Notes: generated by a model not told the origin, from the sequence alone. A stretch of 64,000 nt of DNA from Candidatus Sulfomarinibacteraceae bacterium (GCA_963796455.1 CAWCLO010000005.1:64001-128000), one strand, 5' to 3'. Numbered from the stretch's first letter, positions 41,913 through 51,720 are shown. Numbers and translations are program-made.

Positions 41913-43513
41913 AACAGCCCGATAGCGTCAAGGACATTTCCAGAAACCCCGGTCAGCCGCTGGCTCATATCGATGCGCTCGAGCAGATCCCGCTGCCTCC
42001 TCCGTTTGACAAGATCGACGACGAGCCGGAATTTGCCCAGATTTCGGACGCGGCACGCGAAAAATTCGTGGTGCTCGACGACACCATCGCGGTCAATATC
42101 CCCAAACCGGAGACCAAAGAGGACGAGGCTCGCCTCGTTGACGGTTTCTTGAGGGGTCTCGAGCGGTGCATGAGCACTGAGGACAACTGGGCCTTTCTGC
42201 AGCCCTTCGAGATGTCGATGGAACACTGCGCACACTGTCAGACCTGTTCCGACGCGTGTCCTATCTATGAGGAGAGCGGCGAGAACGAGCTCTACCGGCC
42301 GATGTATCGCTCCGAAATTCTCCGCCGGATCTATTTCAAGTACGTCAAAAAGCAGTCGCCGAAGGTCCATGGCGACATCGATCTCAACTGGGAGACCGTC
42401 GCCAGGTTGATCGAGCTTTCTTATCGTTGCAACCTCTGCCGCCGTTGTGCGCAGACCTGTCCGATCGGCGTCGACAATGCCCTCCTGTCCCGCGAGATCC
42501 GCAAGATCGCGTCGATGGAGATGGGGATCGTGCCGAAAGAGCTTCACAAAGACGGTTCGGTGCTGCAGCTCGAAGTGGGTTCCTCCACCGGCATGACGCC
42601 CATGATCGTCAAAGACAATATCGAGTTCATCGACGAAGACACCGCCGAGCGCACGGGAATCGAAATCGAAACCCCCTGGGATGTTGAAGGCGCCGATATC
42701 CTCCTCATTCACAATGCGGGCGAGATCATGGCATGGCCCGAAAACCCGGGCGCCTTCGCTACCGTTTTCGAAGCTGCCGGGTTGTCGTGGACCATGTCAT
42801 CGGAGGCCGTGGCCTACGACGGCATCAACTACGGCGTCTGGTACGACGACGTCCAGTTCGCCCGGGTCGCGGTCAAGCATGCGGCAGCCGCCAAAAAGCT
42901 CGGTGTGAAGAAGATCGTCCTTGGCGAGTGCGGCCACGCGCACAAGGCCCTGACCGTTATCGCGGACAAGATTCTCACCGGCGACCTGAACATCCCCCGT
43001 GAGAGCTCCATGGTGACCCTGCGCGATATCGTGCGCTCGGGCAAGCTCAAACTCGATCCGAGCCGCAATGATTTTCCGGTGACCCTGCACGATCCCTGCA
43101 ACCTCGTCCGGTTGATGGGCGTGGTCTCGCCGCAACGCGAGATCCTCGAGGCCGTGCTGCCGCCGGGACGCTTCCGCGAAATGACGCCCCACGGTGTGGA
43201 GAATTATTGTTGTGGCGGCGGCTCCGGCTTCGCCATCATGTCGGGCCACAACTTCCAGGATTGGCGCCACCGCCTGACCGGACGCAAGAAGTTCCGCCAG
43301 ATCCTCGACGCCTTCCAGGACGAGCCGATGGACAAGGAACACCCCAAGTACCTGTGTGCGCCGTGTTCCAACTGCAAAGGTCAGATCCGCGACATCATCA
43401 ATTATTACGACGCCTGGGAAAAGGCCGGCATCTACTACGGTGGTCTGGTCGAACTCATCGTCAACGCCATGGTCGATGCGGAGCCTGGGTTCATCGATTG
43501 GGAGTGGCACTAA
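41909..43513 (+). CDS. dsrK: DsrK-like (HdrD-family) Fe-S oxidoreductase
   Basis: CAHCQTCSDAC, CNLCRRCAQTCP, GECGHAHKA, HDPCN, CCGGGSG, APCSNCK. Confidence 0.8.
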   Translation: MKQPDSVKDISRNPGQPLAHIDALEQIPLPPPFDKIDDEPEFAQISDAAREKFVVLDDTIAVNIPKPETKEDEARLVDGFLRGLERCMSTEDNWAFLQPFEMSMEHCAHCQTCSDACPIYEESGENELYRPMYRSEILRRIYFKYVKKQSPKVHGDIDLNWETVARLIELSYRCNLCRRCAQTCPIGVDNALLSREIRKIASMEMGIVPKELHKDGSVLQLEVGSSTGMTPMIVKDNIEFIDEDTAERTGIEIETPWDVEGADILLIHNAGEIMAWPENPGAFATVFEAAGLSWTMSSEAVAYDGINYGVWYDDVQFARVAVKHAAAAKKLGVKKIVLGECGHAHKALTVIADKILTGDLNIPRESSMVTLRDIVRSGKLKLDPSRNDFPVTLHDPCNLVRLMGVVSPQREILEAVLPPGRFREMTPHGVENYCCGGGSGFAIMSGHNFQDWRHRLTGRKKFRQILDAFQDEPMDKEHPKYLCAPCSNCKGQIRDIINYYDAWEKAGIYYGGLVELIVNAMVDAEPGFIDWEWH

Positions 43514-43568
43514 TCTGGAATTAGGACTTAGGAATCAGGAATTTCCGTCCATGTAACGACGACAATTC

Positions 43569-43604
43569 AGAGAGCCGCCCGTGTTTGCGGGCGGCTCTCT
43601 TTTT
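43569..43604 (+). terminator. Rho-independent terminator between convergent genes
   Basis: 13-bp perfect stem AGAGAGCCGCCCG/CGGGCGGCTCTCT plus a T-run. Confidence 0.85.
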
Positions 43605-43627
43605 CTTAGCGATGGTTGTCGGGATTC

Positions 43628-44342
43628 TTACTCGTTCGGCTTCCATTCCTTCCAGACGTTGCCGACGAGAGCTGGTCCGGGCTTGAGCACCGGGTCACCG
43701 GGCATCCATCCTGCGGGGGTCGCTTCGGCTCCGCCGCTGGCGCGGACCAACTGGTAGGCCTGTACCTGCCGGATGGATTCGGCGATGCGCCGGCCCACCG
43801 GAGGCGTCAACACCTCCATGGCCTGGATCACACCGTCCGGATCGATGATGAATCGGCCGCGCAACTCGATTCCCTGCGTTTCGTCATAAACACCGTAGGC
43901 TCTGCCGATGTTGCCGGCCTGGTCCGAGAGCATGTGGAAAGGAATTCCGCCCTCCACCATTTTCGAAAGTTCGTGGTCGTTCCACATTTTGTGGACGAAA
44001 TGGCTGTCAACGCTGACCGAGAAATACTTCAACGCCGAGATCCTGCAGTTCCTGATACTTGTCGGCGACCGCCGACACTTCGGTGGCTCAAACGAAGGTG
44101 AAATCACCGGGGTAGAAGCAAAGAAGAATCCACTTGCCAAAATGGTCGGAGAGCTGAACGTTGGTGAAGCTGCCTTTGAAATAGGCAGGTGCGTTGAAGT
44201 CCGGTGCCTTCTGTCCGACTCGTGCCGTCATGAAATTCTCCTTGGTGGTTTCGTCGATTGTTGGGGTGTCCGGAACCTCGGGCGAGGGCTCGCCCATGAC
44301 CGCTCCGGTGACTCGTGCGCATCCTTTGGGTTCTTCTGCCAT
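43628..44342 (-). CDS. prxU: Selenocysteine-containing peroxiredoxin (PrxU/AhpC family); also a +1 frameshift at ~44023
   Basis: [19 protein letters not shown] places UGA (44088-44090) at the peroxidatic Cys; downstream [11 protein letters not shown] and TPAGWMPG. Confidence 0.85.
44060..44077 (-). promoter_or_regulatory. Putative bacterial SECIS hairpin
   Basis: UGUCGGC-GGUC-GCCGACA, 10 nt downstream of the in-frame UGA. Confidence 0.7.
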
Positions 44343-44469
44343 TGGACCTCCTTGTGGTTCCCGATCTAACACCGTGATTCACGGATAGTCAAGCAAATAG
44401 GTTATGAATCAATCAGTTGCGCGTATGTTCACTTGAGAAAAAGCTTGGTCCGCCTCGGAAGCTGCGTCG

Positions 44470-44908
44470 TCAGTCGTAGCTTCTGCGCATTGCCTTCGTC
44501 GGTGAGGCTCGGCTGGAGCTTGCTCTGCCACTCCGGCCCGGTCCACGTCCCAAGGACTGCATGGGTGTCGAAGTATTTCTGTGGAATCGGGTGGGTCCCG
44601 AGCACGACCTCCATGCCGTATTTGGCTTCAATGAATGTGCTGAATTCATCGATGTAGGGGCACGGTGGATAACCGACCAGAAAGCCGGTGGCCAGGTGCA
44701 CCACTTCGGCACCGTTTTTCTTCATTTCCTCCGGCGCGTATTCGATGTTGCCGCCAGGGCAGCCGTCGCATGTGGTGTATCCCACCAGTTCGACTTCCTC
44801 GTCTCGATAGCGACTGAAAGCTCCCTCGCGCTGCCTGAGGGCCCGTAGGCATTTGCCACCCGCACACGTGTGGTATCGATCACAGATGATGATTCCGATC
44901 TTTTTCAT
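44470..44908 (-). CDS. CGGC-domain protein (probable +1 frameshift near the 3' end)
   Basis: IIICDRYHTCAGGKC, TTCDGCPGG, PPCP, VLGTH; corrected end DEAMRRSYD*. Confidence 0.8.
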
Positions 44909-45906
44909 TTCGATATCTCCTTCATTTGCCATGCTGCCGGAGCCAGCGAATCGTTGGTCATCCCTCCACCCACCCCTGGAGGTTCGTCCCACACGCTGCG
45001 GATGTCGTCCGCGGCGTCGCCACCCAACTCGACCACGGCTCGACCCGCGACCTGGGCCTTCGTGACCGTGGTGTCGTAGCGAATGCGGCCGGCGATCACG
45101 GCGCCGTGGCGGAGCGCGTGGGATTCGATCTGCTCCGCGCCCTCCGGATTGAGGTCCCAACGGTTGACACACACGGCGACCGGTATGTGGAAGTGGGCGG
45201 CCAGTTCGAGGACCCGCTTCATGTCGTGTGCTCCGGACACAGTAGGCTCGGTCACGATGAGGACGCCGGTCGCTCCGGTGATGGCGGCGATGACCGGACA
45301 GCCAATACCGGGTGGGCCGTCGACCAGGATCAAAGCAGAATCGTTGCTCGCTGCGAGCTTCTTCGCTTCGCTGCGCACGGTGGAGACCAGCTTTCCCGAG
45401 TTCTCGGCCGCGATCCCCAGGCGCGCGTGGACCATGGGACCGGTCGGCGTCGTCGACACGAACCACTCGCCGCACCTGCGTTCGGGGAAGGCGATGGCCC
45501 GGTTGGGACAGACTTCGACGCACACCCCGCAACCCTCGCAGGCGAGGGGATCGATGACGGATACGGTTGAGTTGTTTTCGGCGATCACCGCACCGAACCG
45601 GCAGACCTCACGACAGGTGCCGGATCCGTTGCAGAGATCCTGGCGGATCACCGCATCGTGGCCGCTGGAAAATATGTGGCTTTCGAGAGTCTGTGGCCTT
45701 AAAACGAGGTGGAGATCGGCCGCGTCAACATCGCAATCGGCAATGACGGCATTCCGAGCGAGTACTGCGAAGGATGCCGCAACGCTGGTTTTGCCGGTTC
45801 CCCCCTTGCCGCTGATGATCACGAGTTCCGGGATAGGTGTGCGCGCCGCCCGGGAATCCCTTACCGGTAGTTTGGTCGGCAGGTGTTCAACGGCAGGCAT
45901 GAGCAT
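44905..45906 (-). CDS. MinD-like P-loop ATPase with inserted ferredoxin (COG1149), copy 2
   Basis: SGKGGTGKT, DCDVDAADL, CEGCGVCVEVCP, DGPPGIGCP, VTEPT. Confidence 0.9.
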   Translation of the reverse strand: MLMPAVEHLPTKLPVRDSRAARTPIPELVIISGKGGTGKTSVAASFAVLARNAVIADCDVDAADLHLVLRPQTLESHIFSSGHDAVIRQDLCNGSGTCREVCRFGAVIAENNSTVSVIDPLACEGCGVCVEVCPNRAIAFPERRCGEWFVSTTPTGPMVHARLGIAAENSGKLVSTVRSEAKKLAASNDSALILVDGPPGIGCPVIAAITGATGVLIVTEPTVSGAHDMKRVLELAAHFHIPVAVCVNRWDLNPEGAEQIESHALRHGAVIAGRIRYDTTVTKAQVAGRAVVELGGDAADDIRSVWDEPPGVGGGMTNDSLAPAAWQMKEISK

Positions 45907-46771
45907 GACCCTCCTCGGCCCTTGAGTCGGATCCGCCGGCCGCGATGGTCTCGATGTGCTCGGCAAATAATCCGAAGAGTCGACGGACTTCGGGAAAACT
46001 GCCGACGAGTGTCCGGCCGCCGGCATACGCCTCTGCGATGCGGCGGTCGTCCGGAATCTCGAGCAGGATCGGCAGGCCTTCGGCGGCACAGTAGTCGTGA
46101 ACCCGATTGTCGCCCGAACCTGCGCGGTTGATCACGACGCCGCATGGAATTTCGAGGGCTCGCACCGTCTCTACGGCGAGAGCGAGATCGTTGAGACCGA
46201 AAGGAGTCGGCTCGGTGACCAGGACCACGAAATCACTGCCGCGCACTGCGGCGATCATCGAGCACGAGGTGCCGGGCGGAGCATCGATGAGGACCACCCC
46301 GTCCTCATGGCACCGTGCCCTGACCTCGCGGATCAGGGGCGGAACCAGAGCCTCGCCCACGTTGAGGCGACCCTGCACGAGGTCGATACTGCCGGCCCTG
46401 CACTCTTCAACCACCCCGATGGGTCGCAAGACTTCGGTGATGGCCTCTTCCGGACAGAGCAGTGCGCATCCGCCACAGCCGTGGCACAGTTCGGGGAAGA
46501 CCATGACGCCGGTCCCGAGGACCGCGATGGCGTTGTACTGACAGATCCGGCTGCACTCGCCGCATTGGTTGCAGCGGTCGGGATCGATCTCGGGAGCCGG
46601 GATGCCGACCACCTCCCGCCCCACCGGTTCGGCGTCCAGGAAGAGATGGACATTGGGCGCCTCGACGTCACAGTCGAGGATCTGGACTGCGCCGGAGAGG
46701 CTCAGACCGAGGTTCACAGCCACCGTCGTTTTTCCGGTGCCGCCCTTGCCTGAAGCGATCGCGACGATCAC
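45887..46771 (-). CDS. MinD-like P-loop ATPase with inserted ferredoxin (COG1149), copy 1
   Basis: ASGKGGTGKTT, DCDVEAPN, two CxxCxxCxxxC motifs, DAPPGTSC, VTEPTPFG; GTG start overlapping the upstream stop. Confidence 0.9.
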   Translation of the reverse strand: MIVAIASGKGGTGKTTVAVNLGLSLSGAVQILDCDVEAPNVHLFLDAEPVGREVVGIPAPEIDPDRCNQCGECSRICQYNAIAVLGTGVMVFPELCHGCGGCALLCPEEAITEVLRPIGVVEECRAGSIDLVQGRLNVGEALVPPLIREVRARCHEDGVVLIDAPPGTSCSMIAAVRGSDFVVLVTEPTPFGLNDLALAVETVRALEIPCGVVINRAGSGDNRVHDYCAAEGLPILLEIPDDRRIAEAYAGGRTLVGSFPEVRRLFGLFAEHIETIAAGGSDSRAEEGHAHACR

Positions 46772-47130
46772 CCCCAGTGTCCTCCGACGTCGGGCTCTTC
46801 CGAGAGGTGGAGGGTGCCCGCCTTGAAGCCTTCGATCGCGTCGGCGATTGTGCCCGAAGCGCCGGTGTAGACCTTGATGCCGGCCGCCGTCAGGGTTCGG
46901 AAGGCCTTGGGCCCGCAGTGGCCGGTGAGCAAACACTCGGCGCCGAGTCGGGAGACGGTTTCCGCCGCTTGGATGCCGGCCCCCTGGGCGGCACTCGCGG
47001 CGCCGGAGTTATCGATACTCTTCGTCTCACCGGTCTCTGTGTCGACCAGCACGAACATGGCAGCGCGGCCGAATCGGGGGTCAACCTGCGAGTCCAGACT
47101 CCCACCTATCGACGATACGACGACTTTCAT
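46768..47130 (-). CDS. NifB/NifX-family protein (orange protein ORP-like)
   Basis: DPRFGRA, GAGIQAA, TGHCGPKAF. Confidence 0.88.
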   Translation of the reverse strand: MKVVVSSIGGSLDSQVDPRFGRAAMFVLVDTETGETKSIDNSGAASAAQGAGIQAAETVSRLGAECLLTGHCGPKAFRTLTAAGIKVYTGASGTIADAIEGFKAGTLHLSEEPDVGGHWG

Positions 47131-47166
47131 TTTCTACCTCCGGAACGCGTACTTTTTCGCGTCAAA

Positions 47167-47514
47167 TCACCGCTCGGCCTTGAGTTCGCCGAGACGCGTC
47201 TTGATATTTTGTTGTTCGACCTCGAGCGCAGCAGCGCGCTTCTCGAGGATCTCCAGCTGGGTTTCAACCGTCGGTTCGGAGCCCGCGAAGGCCGGCGGGA
47301 CCGCCGCCCCTCGCATCCTTCCGGGTGTTCCGGTCGCCCAGAATCGGTTGCGCCGGCCCCGGCCTCCTCCACCAACGCCGCGGCCGAAACCTCGGCCCTG
47401 TCCGCCGTTCCTGCCGCGCGCGAAAGGCGGTCCGCCCTGCTCGCCACACGGGCCACGGCCCCAACCGGTCATCGCCCCACGACCCATCGGTCCACTACCG
47501 TCTCCACCGGGCAT
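47167..47514 (-). CDS. DUF5320-like Gly/Arg-rich protein
   Basis: MPGGDGSGPMGRGAMTGWGRGPC N-terminus; C-terminal coiled coil. Confidence 0.8.
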   Translation of the reverse strand: MPGGDGSGPMGRGAMTGWGRGPCGEQGGPPFARGRNGGQGRGFGRGVGGGGRGRRNRFWATGTPGRMRGAAVPPAFAGSEPTVETQLEILEKRAAALEVEQQNIKTRLGELKAER

Positions 47515-47810
47515 TTCAACCCTCCGTTTCTTTTTGAGCCGCGTTGACTGCGGCGTTGGGTGATTTCTTGGTGATGGGCGGAACCCTCACGAATGAGGGC
47601 CACACCACAGTCCTCGCAGCGCTCTTTGAGGCATGGAACGCCTTGTTGGTGGGGGAAGCGGCGCCCGCACTTGGGGCAGAGGCATGATCCGCCGGCGCCC
47701 ATGGCGCCGCCACCCTGACCACGACCGCCGCCACCACGCCCTCCTTGACCGCCCTGGCCGCCGGCCCCCTGGCCCCGTCCCTGTCCGCTCCCTCGTCCCT
47801 GGTTCTTCAT
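47469..47810 (-). CDS. Gly-rich Cys-motif (CxCxxC..H..G.PC...CxxC) small protein
   Basis: CLCPKCG..PHQQGVPC...CEDCG; GGAGG RBS; 3' end uncertain. Confidence 0.65.
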   Translation of the reverse strand: MKNQGRGSGQGRGQGAGGQGGQGGRGGGGRGQGGGAMGAGGSCLCPKCGRRFPHQQGVPCLKERCEDCGVALIREGSAHHQEITQRRSQRGSKRNGGLKCPVETVVDRWVVGR

Positions 47811-47845
47811 CTCGACCTCCCAGCCGGGCGCCTCCGCCCGATCTC

Positions 47846-48247
47846 TCATTGGCCGTGGCCGTGACCGCCACATCCGCTTGATTCCTTGTGGTTTCCACAG
47901 TCGTGGAAGCCATGCTCGTGGCACAATTCACCGCTGAAGGTGAGCGTGCCGTCGAGGTAGGCGTGCACCATCGCCTCGGGATCCTCGCCGTCTGCTCCCA
48001 GCACCACATCGATGCCGTGCCCGGTGAAAATGTCCGACGCCCTCGGGCCCATGCCGCCGGCGAGGACCGTGGTCACTCCTTGCTTCCTGAGCCACATCGG
48101 GAACACGCCGCGGCCGTGCTCGGGTGGGGCGGCCTGACGTTGTTCGGTGATGTTTTTGGTCTCATCCACTGTGTAGAGCGCAAAGGCCTCGGCACCGCCG
48201 AAGTGGCTGGTGAATCTCCCCTCACGAATCGGAACTGCGATCATCAT
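47846..48247 (-). CDS. NifB/NifX-family protein with His/Cys-rich tail
   Basis: SHFGGA, GGMGPRA; tail CHEHGFHDCGNH..GCGGHGH. Confidence 0.85.
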   Translation of the reverse strand: MMIAVPIREGRFTSHFGGAEAFALYTVDETKNITEQRQAAPPEHGRGVFPMWLRKQGVTTVLAGGMGPRASDIFTGHGIDVVLGADGEDPEAMVHAYLDGTLTFSGELCHEHGFHDCGNHKESSGCGGHGHGQ

Positions 48248-48639
48248 TTTCCCTGTCTCCTTCCTGTTCTCGGAGCATCGTCGCACCGGCAACCGCGGGT
48301 GCGTTTCCTGCCGGCACCGTGCACCGGGCACGGCAGCGGCTTACTTGGTCCCTCAACAACCGGGCCCTCGCCAATCAGCAGAAGTCGCTCTTCGACAAGG
48401 GCTCGGGCCACTACTGATCTCGCACGATCGAGGATTCGAGCGAAGGTGGGTCTCGAAACTCCCATCCGTTCGGCAGCGGCTTCCTGGTACAGGCCCTCGA
48501 GGTCGGCGAGGCGGAGAGCCTCGAGTTCGTCGGTGCGCAGGGTTTCAACTTCGAGCTCGGTTGCGGGGCGGCCGATGGGCTTGAAAGCACGCCCATGAGC
48601 CCCGCAGCTGACGTTCCTGAGCTTTTCCGGTCGTCCCAT
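48244..48639 (-). CDS. DUF134 (UPF0251) HTH protein
   Basis: MGRP, FKP.G, DELEALRLADLEGLYQEAAAERMGVSRPTFARIL. Confidence 0.9.
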   Translation of the reverse strand: MGRPEKLRNVSCGAHGRAFKPIGRPATELEVETLRTDELEALRLADLEGLYQEAAAERMGVSRPTFARILDRARSVVARALVEERLLLIGEGPVVEGPSKPLPCPVHGAGRKRTRGCRCDDAPRTGRRQGK

Positions 48640-48915
48640 CGAACCTCCTAGTTACGAACATATGCTCAAAATGCTCATCGGTCAAGCCCTCGGGAAAAAT
48701 ATTCTGCTCACCAGGATAATTCCGTCGAGATGGAGGCGTGATTGAATGAGGAATGGAGGAAGCTGAGGAATGAATTTGTCGCTGCCGCTGGCGCGGCATC
48801 TCCGCCCCTGACACGGAAATGGCGATATTGAGCGCCGGCGAATTTATCATTATTTCGTATTGTATTTCGATACAGTTAATTAAGCTCGTACGAGCTCTAC
48901 CCGGGAGGAAGAGAT

Positions 48916-49397
48916 ATGAACGTACCCATCGCCCTGATCATCGGTTTCGTTGCAGGCATTTTGATTACAGTCGTAGCCACGGTCATGACTATGCGATCGA
49001 AAATGGTGGTGCCGGAGCGAAGTTCCAAGTCCTTCGAGACAACCTGCGAAGCCATCGAAGAGGTCGTTCCTTCGAGCGAAGGTTGGAGCTTCCCGATGGA
49101 GAGCTTCGACATGTCGGCTAAAGCTCGCGGCCAAGAATGGGCTGCCGGAAAACGTCAAACGCATCCGCCTTTACTTCATGTGCAACCCAAAGGTCGCCAA
49201 AGTGGTTCTCGGCGCCGAGCCCAAGTTGTCGGCGATCATGCCGTGCTCGTGGTCGGTCTACGAACTCACCGACGATACGGTGTGGGTGTCGCACATGAAC
49301 ATGGATCTGATGGCAAAGATGATGGGCGGCGTTGTCGGCCGGGCCATGGGTGGAGTCGCGAGAGGCCGACAAGGGCATCCTGAAACACGTGCTTTAG
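48916..49397 (+). CDS. DUF302-family protein, two apparent frameshifts (~49121, ~49360)
   Basis: SKSFETTCEAIE; CNPKVA..VL...LSAIMPC..SVYE..D..V.VS in the next frame. Confidence 0.7.
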
Positions 49398-49944
49398 GCC
49401 CTCGATTCGAGCCGTCACCTCGGGCGGCCGGAAATTCGGCCGGATCAGACGCCTGCCGACATCGCTTCCGGCTCGGCTGGGCGGGCTCCAGCGGCAGATT
49501 CATGACGATGGACTGCAGCTTGTTCATGGTCCCGATGTAGCGCTGAAAATAGTTGCGTGAAATCTGGGTCTGGATGCTATAACCCAGAACCAGATCTTGA
49601 TCCATCAATTCCTTGAGAGTGGTTGATGAGATTTTCAGAAGACGCGATTCACGCGTGCACTGGGCATCGAGACTGTAGTCGATCAATTGGAAGCAAACGC
49701 ACGAACCGAAAATGGCTCCCCCTGTCAGTTCGTCGATCTGGATGCTGACCCCGCGATGTCCCGGGAGCCGGAGCGAAACCTGGCCTTCGAGCACAATGTA
49801 GAAATGGTCTGCCGCGGCGCCTTTCTTGTAGATCGTTTCGCCCGCGTTATACGCAATGACCTCCGCCACATCGCTGATGGTCTTGACCTGGTCGGGCCGT
49901 AGAAATTGAAACACCTCATGCTTGTCGAGCCGATCGATGGCCAT
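49258..49944 (-). CDS. Cyclic-nucleotide-binding domain protein (no HTH); true 3' end probably shorter
   Basis: AGETIYKKG..ADHFYIVLEGQV, GAIFG; AAGGAGG RBS. Confidence 0.75.
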   Translation of the reverse strand: MAIDRLDKHEVFQFLRPDQVKTISDVAEVIAYNAGETIYKKGAAADHFYIVLEGQVSLRLPGHRGVSIQIDELTGGAIFGSCVCFQLIDYSLDAQCTRESRLLKISSTTLKELMDQDLVLGYSIQTQISRNYFQRYIGTMNKLQSIVMNLPLEPAQPSRKRCRQASDPAEFPAARGDGSNRGPKARVSGCPCRPLATPPMARPTTPPIIFAIRSMFMCDTHTVSSVSS

Positions 49945-49987
49945 CGGAGCCTCCTTTCTGGGTTGTTGGTCTTCAGTGGAGGTTCTT

Positions 49988-50003
49988 TGCACGAGGTGTG
50001 CCA
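49988..50003 (-). promoter_or_regulatory. Putative sigma54 -24/-12 promoter of the cNMP gene
   Basis: TGGCACACCTCGTGCA (GG-N10-GC). Confidence 0.5.
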
Positions 50004-50261
50004 GATGAGGGGGAGGAGCGTGGTTTCGACCTGGGAGCGCTCGAGTGATCGGGCCGGCGATTTTCGAGCTGCATCCGAAAACTGCGATTAATCAGCAGTT
50101 TCAAAATGCGATCTCGTCGAGATTCCAGTCCGATATTTCGAGAATCAAAATGAGTCGAGGCCGGCGGGACCAATGTGGCCGGTTGCCCGTATGTCCGAGA
50201 CGGAATCCGGGTGAACGGCGGCAGGCATTGGAATCGTGCAGATTCATGCATTTTGCAATTA

Positions 50262-50274
50262 TATCAATGATTTG
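50262..50274 (+). promoter_or_regulatory. IHF consensus site
   Basis: TATCAATGATTTG = WATCAANNNNTTR in an AT-rich intergenic region. Confidence 0.5.
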
Positions 50275-50366
50275 AAACTGGCAGAACGCAACGTTCCTTC
50301 GGGCCTGCCAATCATAAATTGAAGAAATCAAGCACCTTGTGCGAAGTTCCCTGTGTTCTCGGAGGC

Positions 50367-50382
50367 GGGCATGGGCGTTGCA
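50367..50382 (+). promoter_or_regulatory. Putative sigma54 promoter of the tmc/hmc cluster
   Basis: GGGCATGGGCGTTGCA (GG-N10-GC), ~60 bp before the ATG. Confidence 0.55.
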
Positions 50383-50443
50383 CCGGGAGCCGACCAACGC
50401 GAGGGAACTGGTCGCGCGTGGGCCTGGACGAAGGGAGCGCGCA

Positions 50444-51707
50444 ATGATCGATCGCGGCAGATGGGACTGGGAAGTCGGGAAAAAGTCCGTCTGTGATCTT
50501 CGAGCGTTGCGAAGCGGTTCACCGAGGTTCACGAGTTCGTGGTGAGTCCGGACGGCGAGTGCATCGCCGCGCCGGTTCTGACGGCTCCAGAGATGTTTCG
50601 GCGTGTGCGTCAACGGTTCGTTGTGGGACGGCGAGTTCGAAAAGGCGTGGCACCCGATCTTCGCGCCCGACGGACGGTTGGATCCCTGGTCCGCATCGAC
50701 GATGAGTGGACCCTTGCCGTCGATGGTGAGCCCTGGGAACAGCGTTGGGAGTTTGCCTGGAACCCGGTCTTCAGCCGCGACGGTTCGATTGTCGCGGTAC
50801 AGATCAAGGACAACATGCAGTACACCGTGGCGGTCAACGGGGAGCGGTGGGAGAAGACCTTTCACTCCTCTCGAGGGCTCGCCATCAGTGACGACGGCAG
50901 CAAAGTCGGTTGCGGTGGTCCAGGTGGAGCCGTTGGCCGAGGCCGACACCGTCGGATTCATGGAGGGAACCTGGAGTCTCGCCGTCAATGGCGAAGCCTG
51001 GCAGCGCAAGTTCATCAATGTCTACGGGCCGGCGATCAGCGCGGACGGTGGCGGTGTGGCCGCCGAAGTGCGGCTGGACATCTGCGAATACACTCTGGCT
51101 GAAAACGCCGAGCCATGGGCGGGGCGTTTTGGGTGTGTCTGGGAGCCCAGCTATCGCAATGGAAGCCGGAACCTGCTGGCGCCCGTCCGGGTCAACGGTT
51201 CGTGGACGATCGCCGAAAACGGCAGCCCGATCTGGGACAGCCGATTCATGCAGTTGTGGAACCAGCGTCTGAGCCCTGATGGCGACACGTCGCGGCGGTG
51301 GCGGCACCCGGCTTCGGCAGTTGGACGGTTGTAGTAGACGATCGAGGCTGGGGAGTGTCATTCGATGATCTGGTGCTGCCGCCGGTGTTTTCACCGGATG
51401 GTCGGCGAGTCGCGGCTGGAGTGAGGGGCAACGGCTCGTGGGCCATGGCGGTGGACGGCAACCACTGGCCGGAGACCTTCGACATGGTGTGGGACCCGGT
51501 TTTCTCCTCTGGGCGATCGGGTAGTGGCCAAGGTGGAGAAAGACGGACGGTTTGCGATTGCGGTTGACGGCAGGTCTGGAGCCCGTGGTACGAAGCGCTG
51601 TGGGATCCGATTTTCAGTCCAGACGGCAGAGGCTGCTGATCCGCGCCGTGGAGAACGGAGTCTACCTCCGCTAGGTGGTGCCATTCGACGCCATTTTCCA
51701 AGGTTGA
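50444..51707 (+). CDS. tmcD: TmcD-like Trp-rich beta-repeat protein, broken by several frameshifts
   Basis: WDWEVGKK start; repeated (A/V)V(D/N)G..W...F...W.P.FS.DG units spread over all three frames; directly upstream of tmcC/tmcB-like genes. Confidence 0.7.
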
Positions 51708-51720
51708 GGAGGGAGGGAGC

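Noticed and set aside
48775..48792. TGTCGCTGCCGCTG as a sixth element remnant
   Set aside because: Only a 14-bp match in GC-rich DNA, without end motif or leader.
50444..51707. Programmed frameshifting or phase variation in tmcD and hmcC
   Set aside because: No slippery heptamers or long homopolymers; the pattern matches the window-wide insertion errors.
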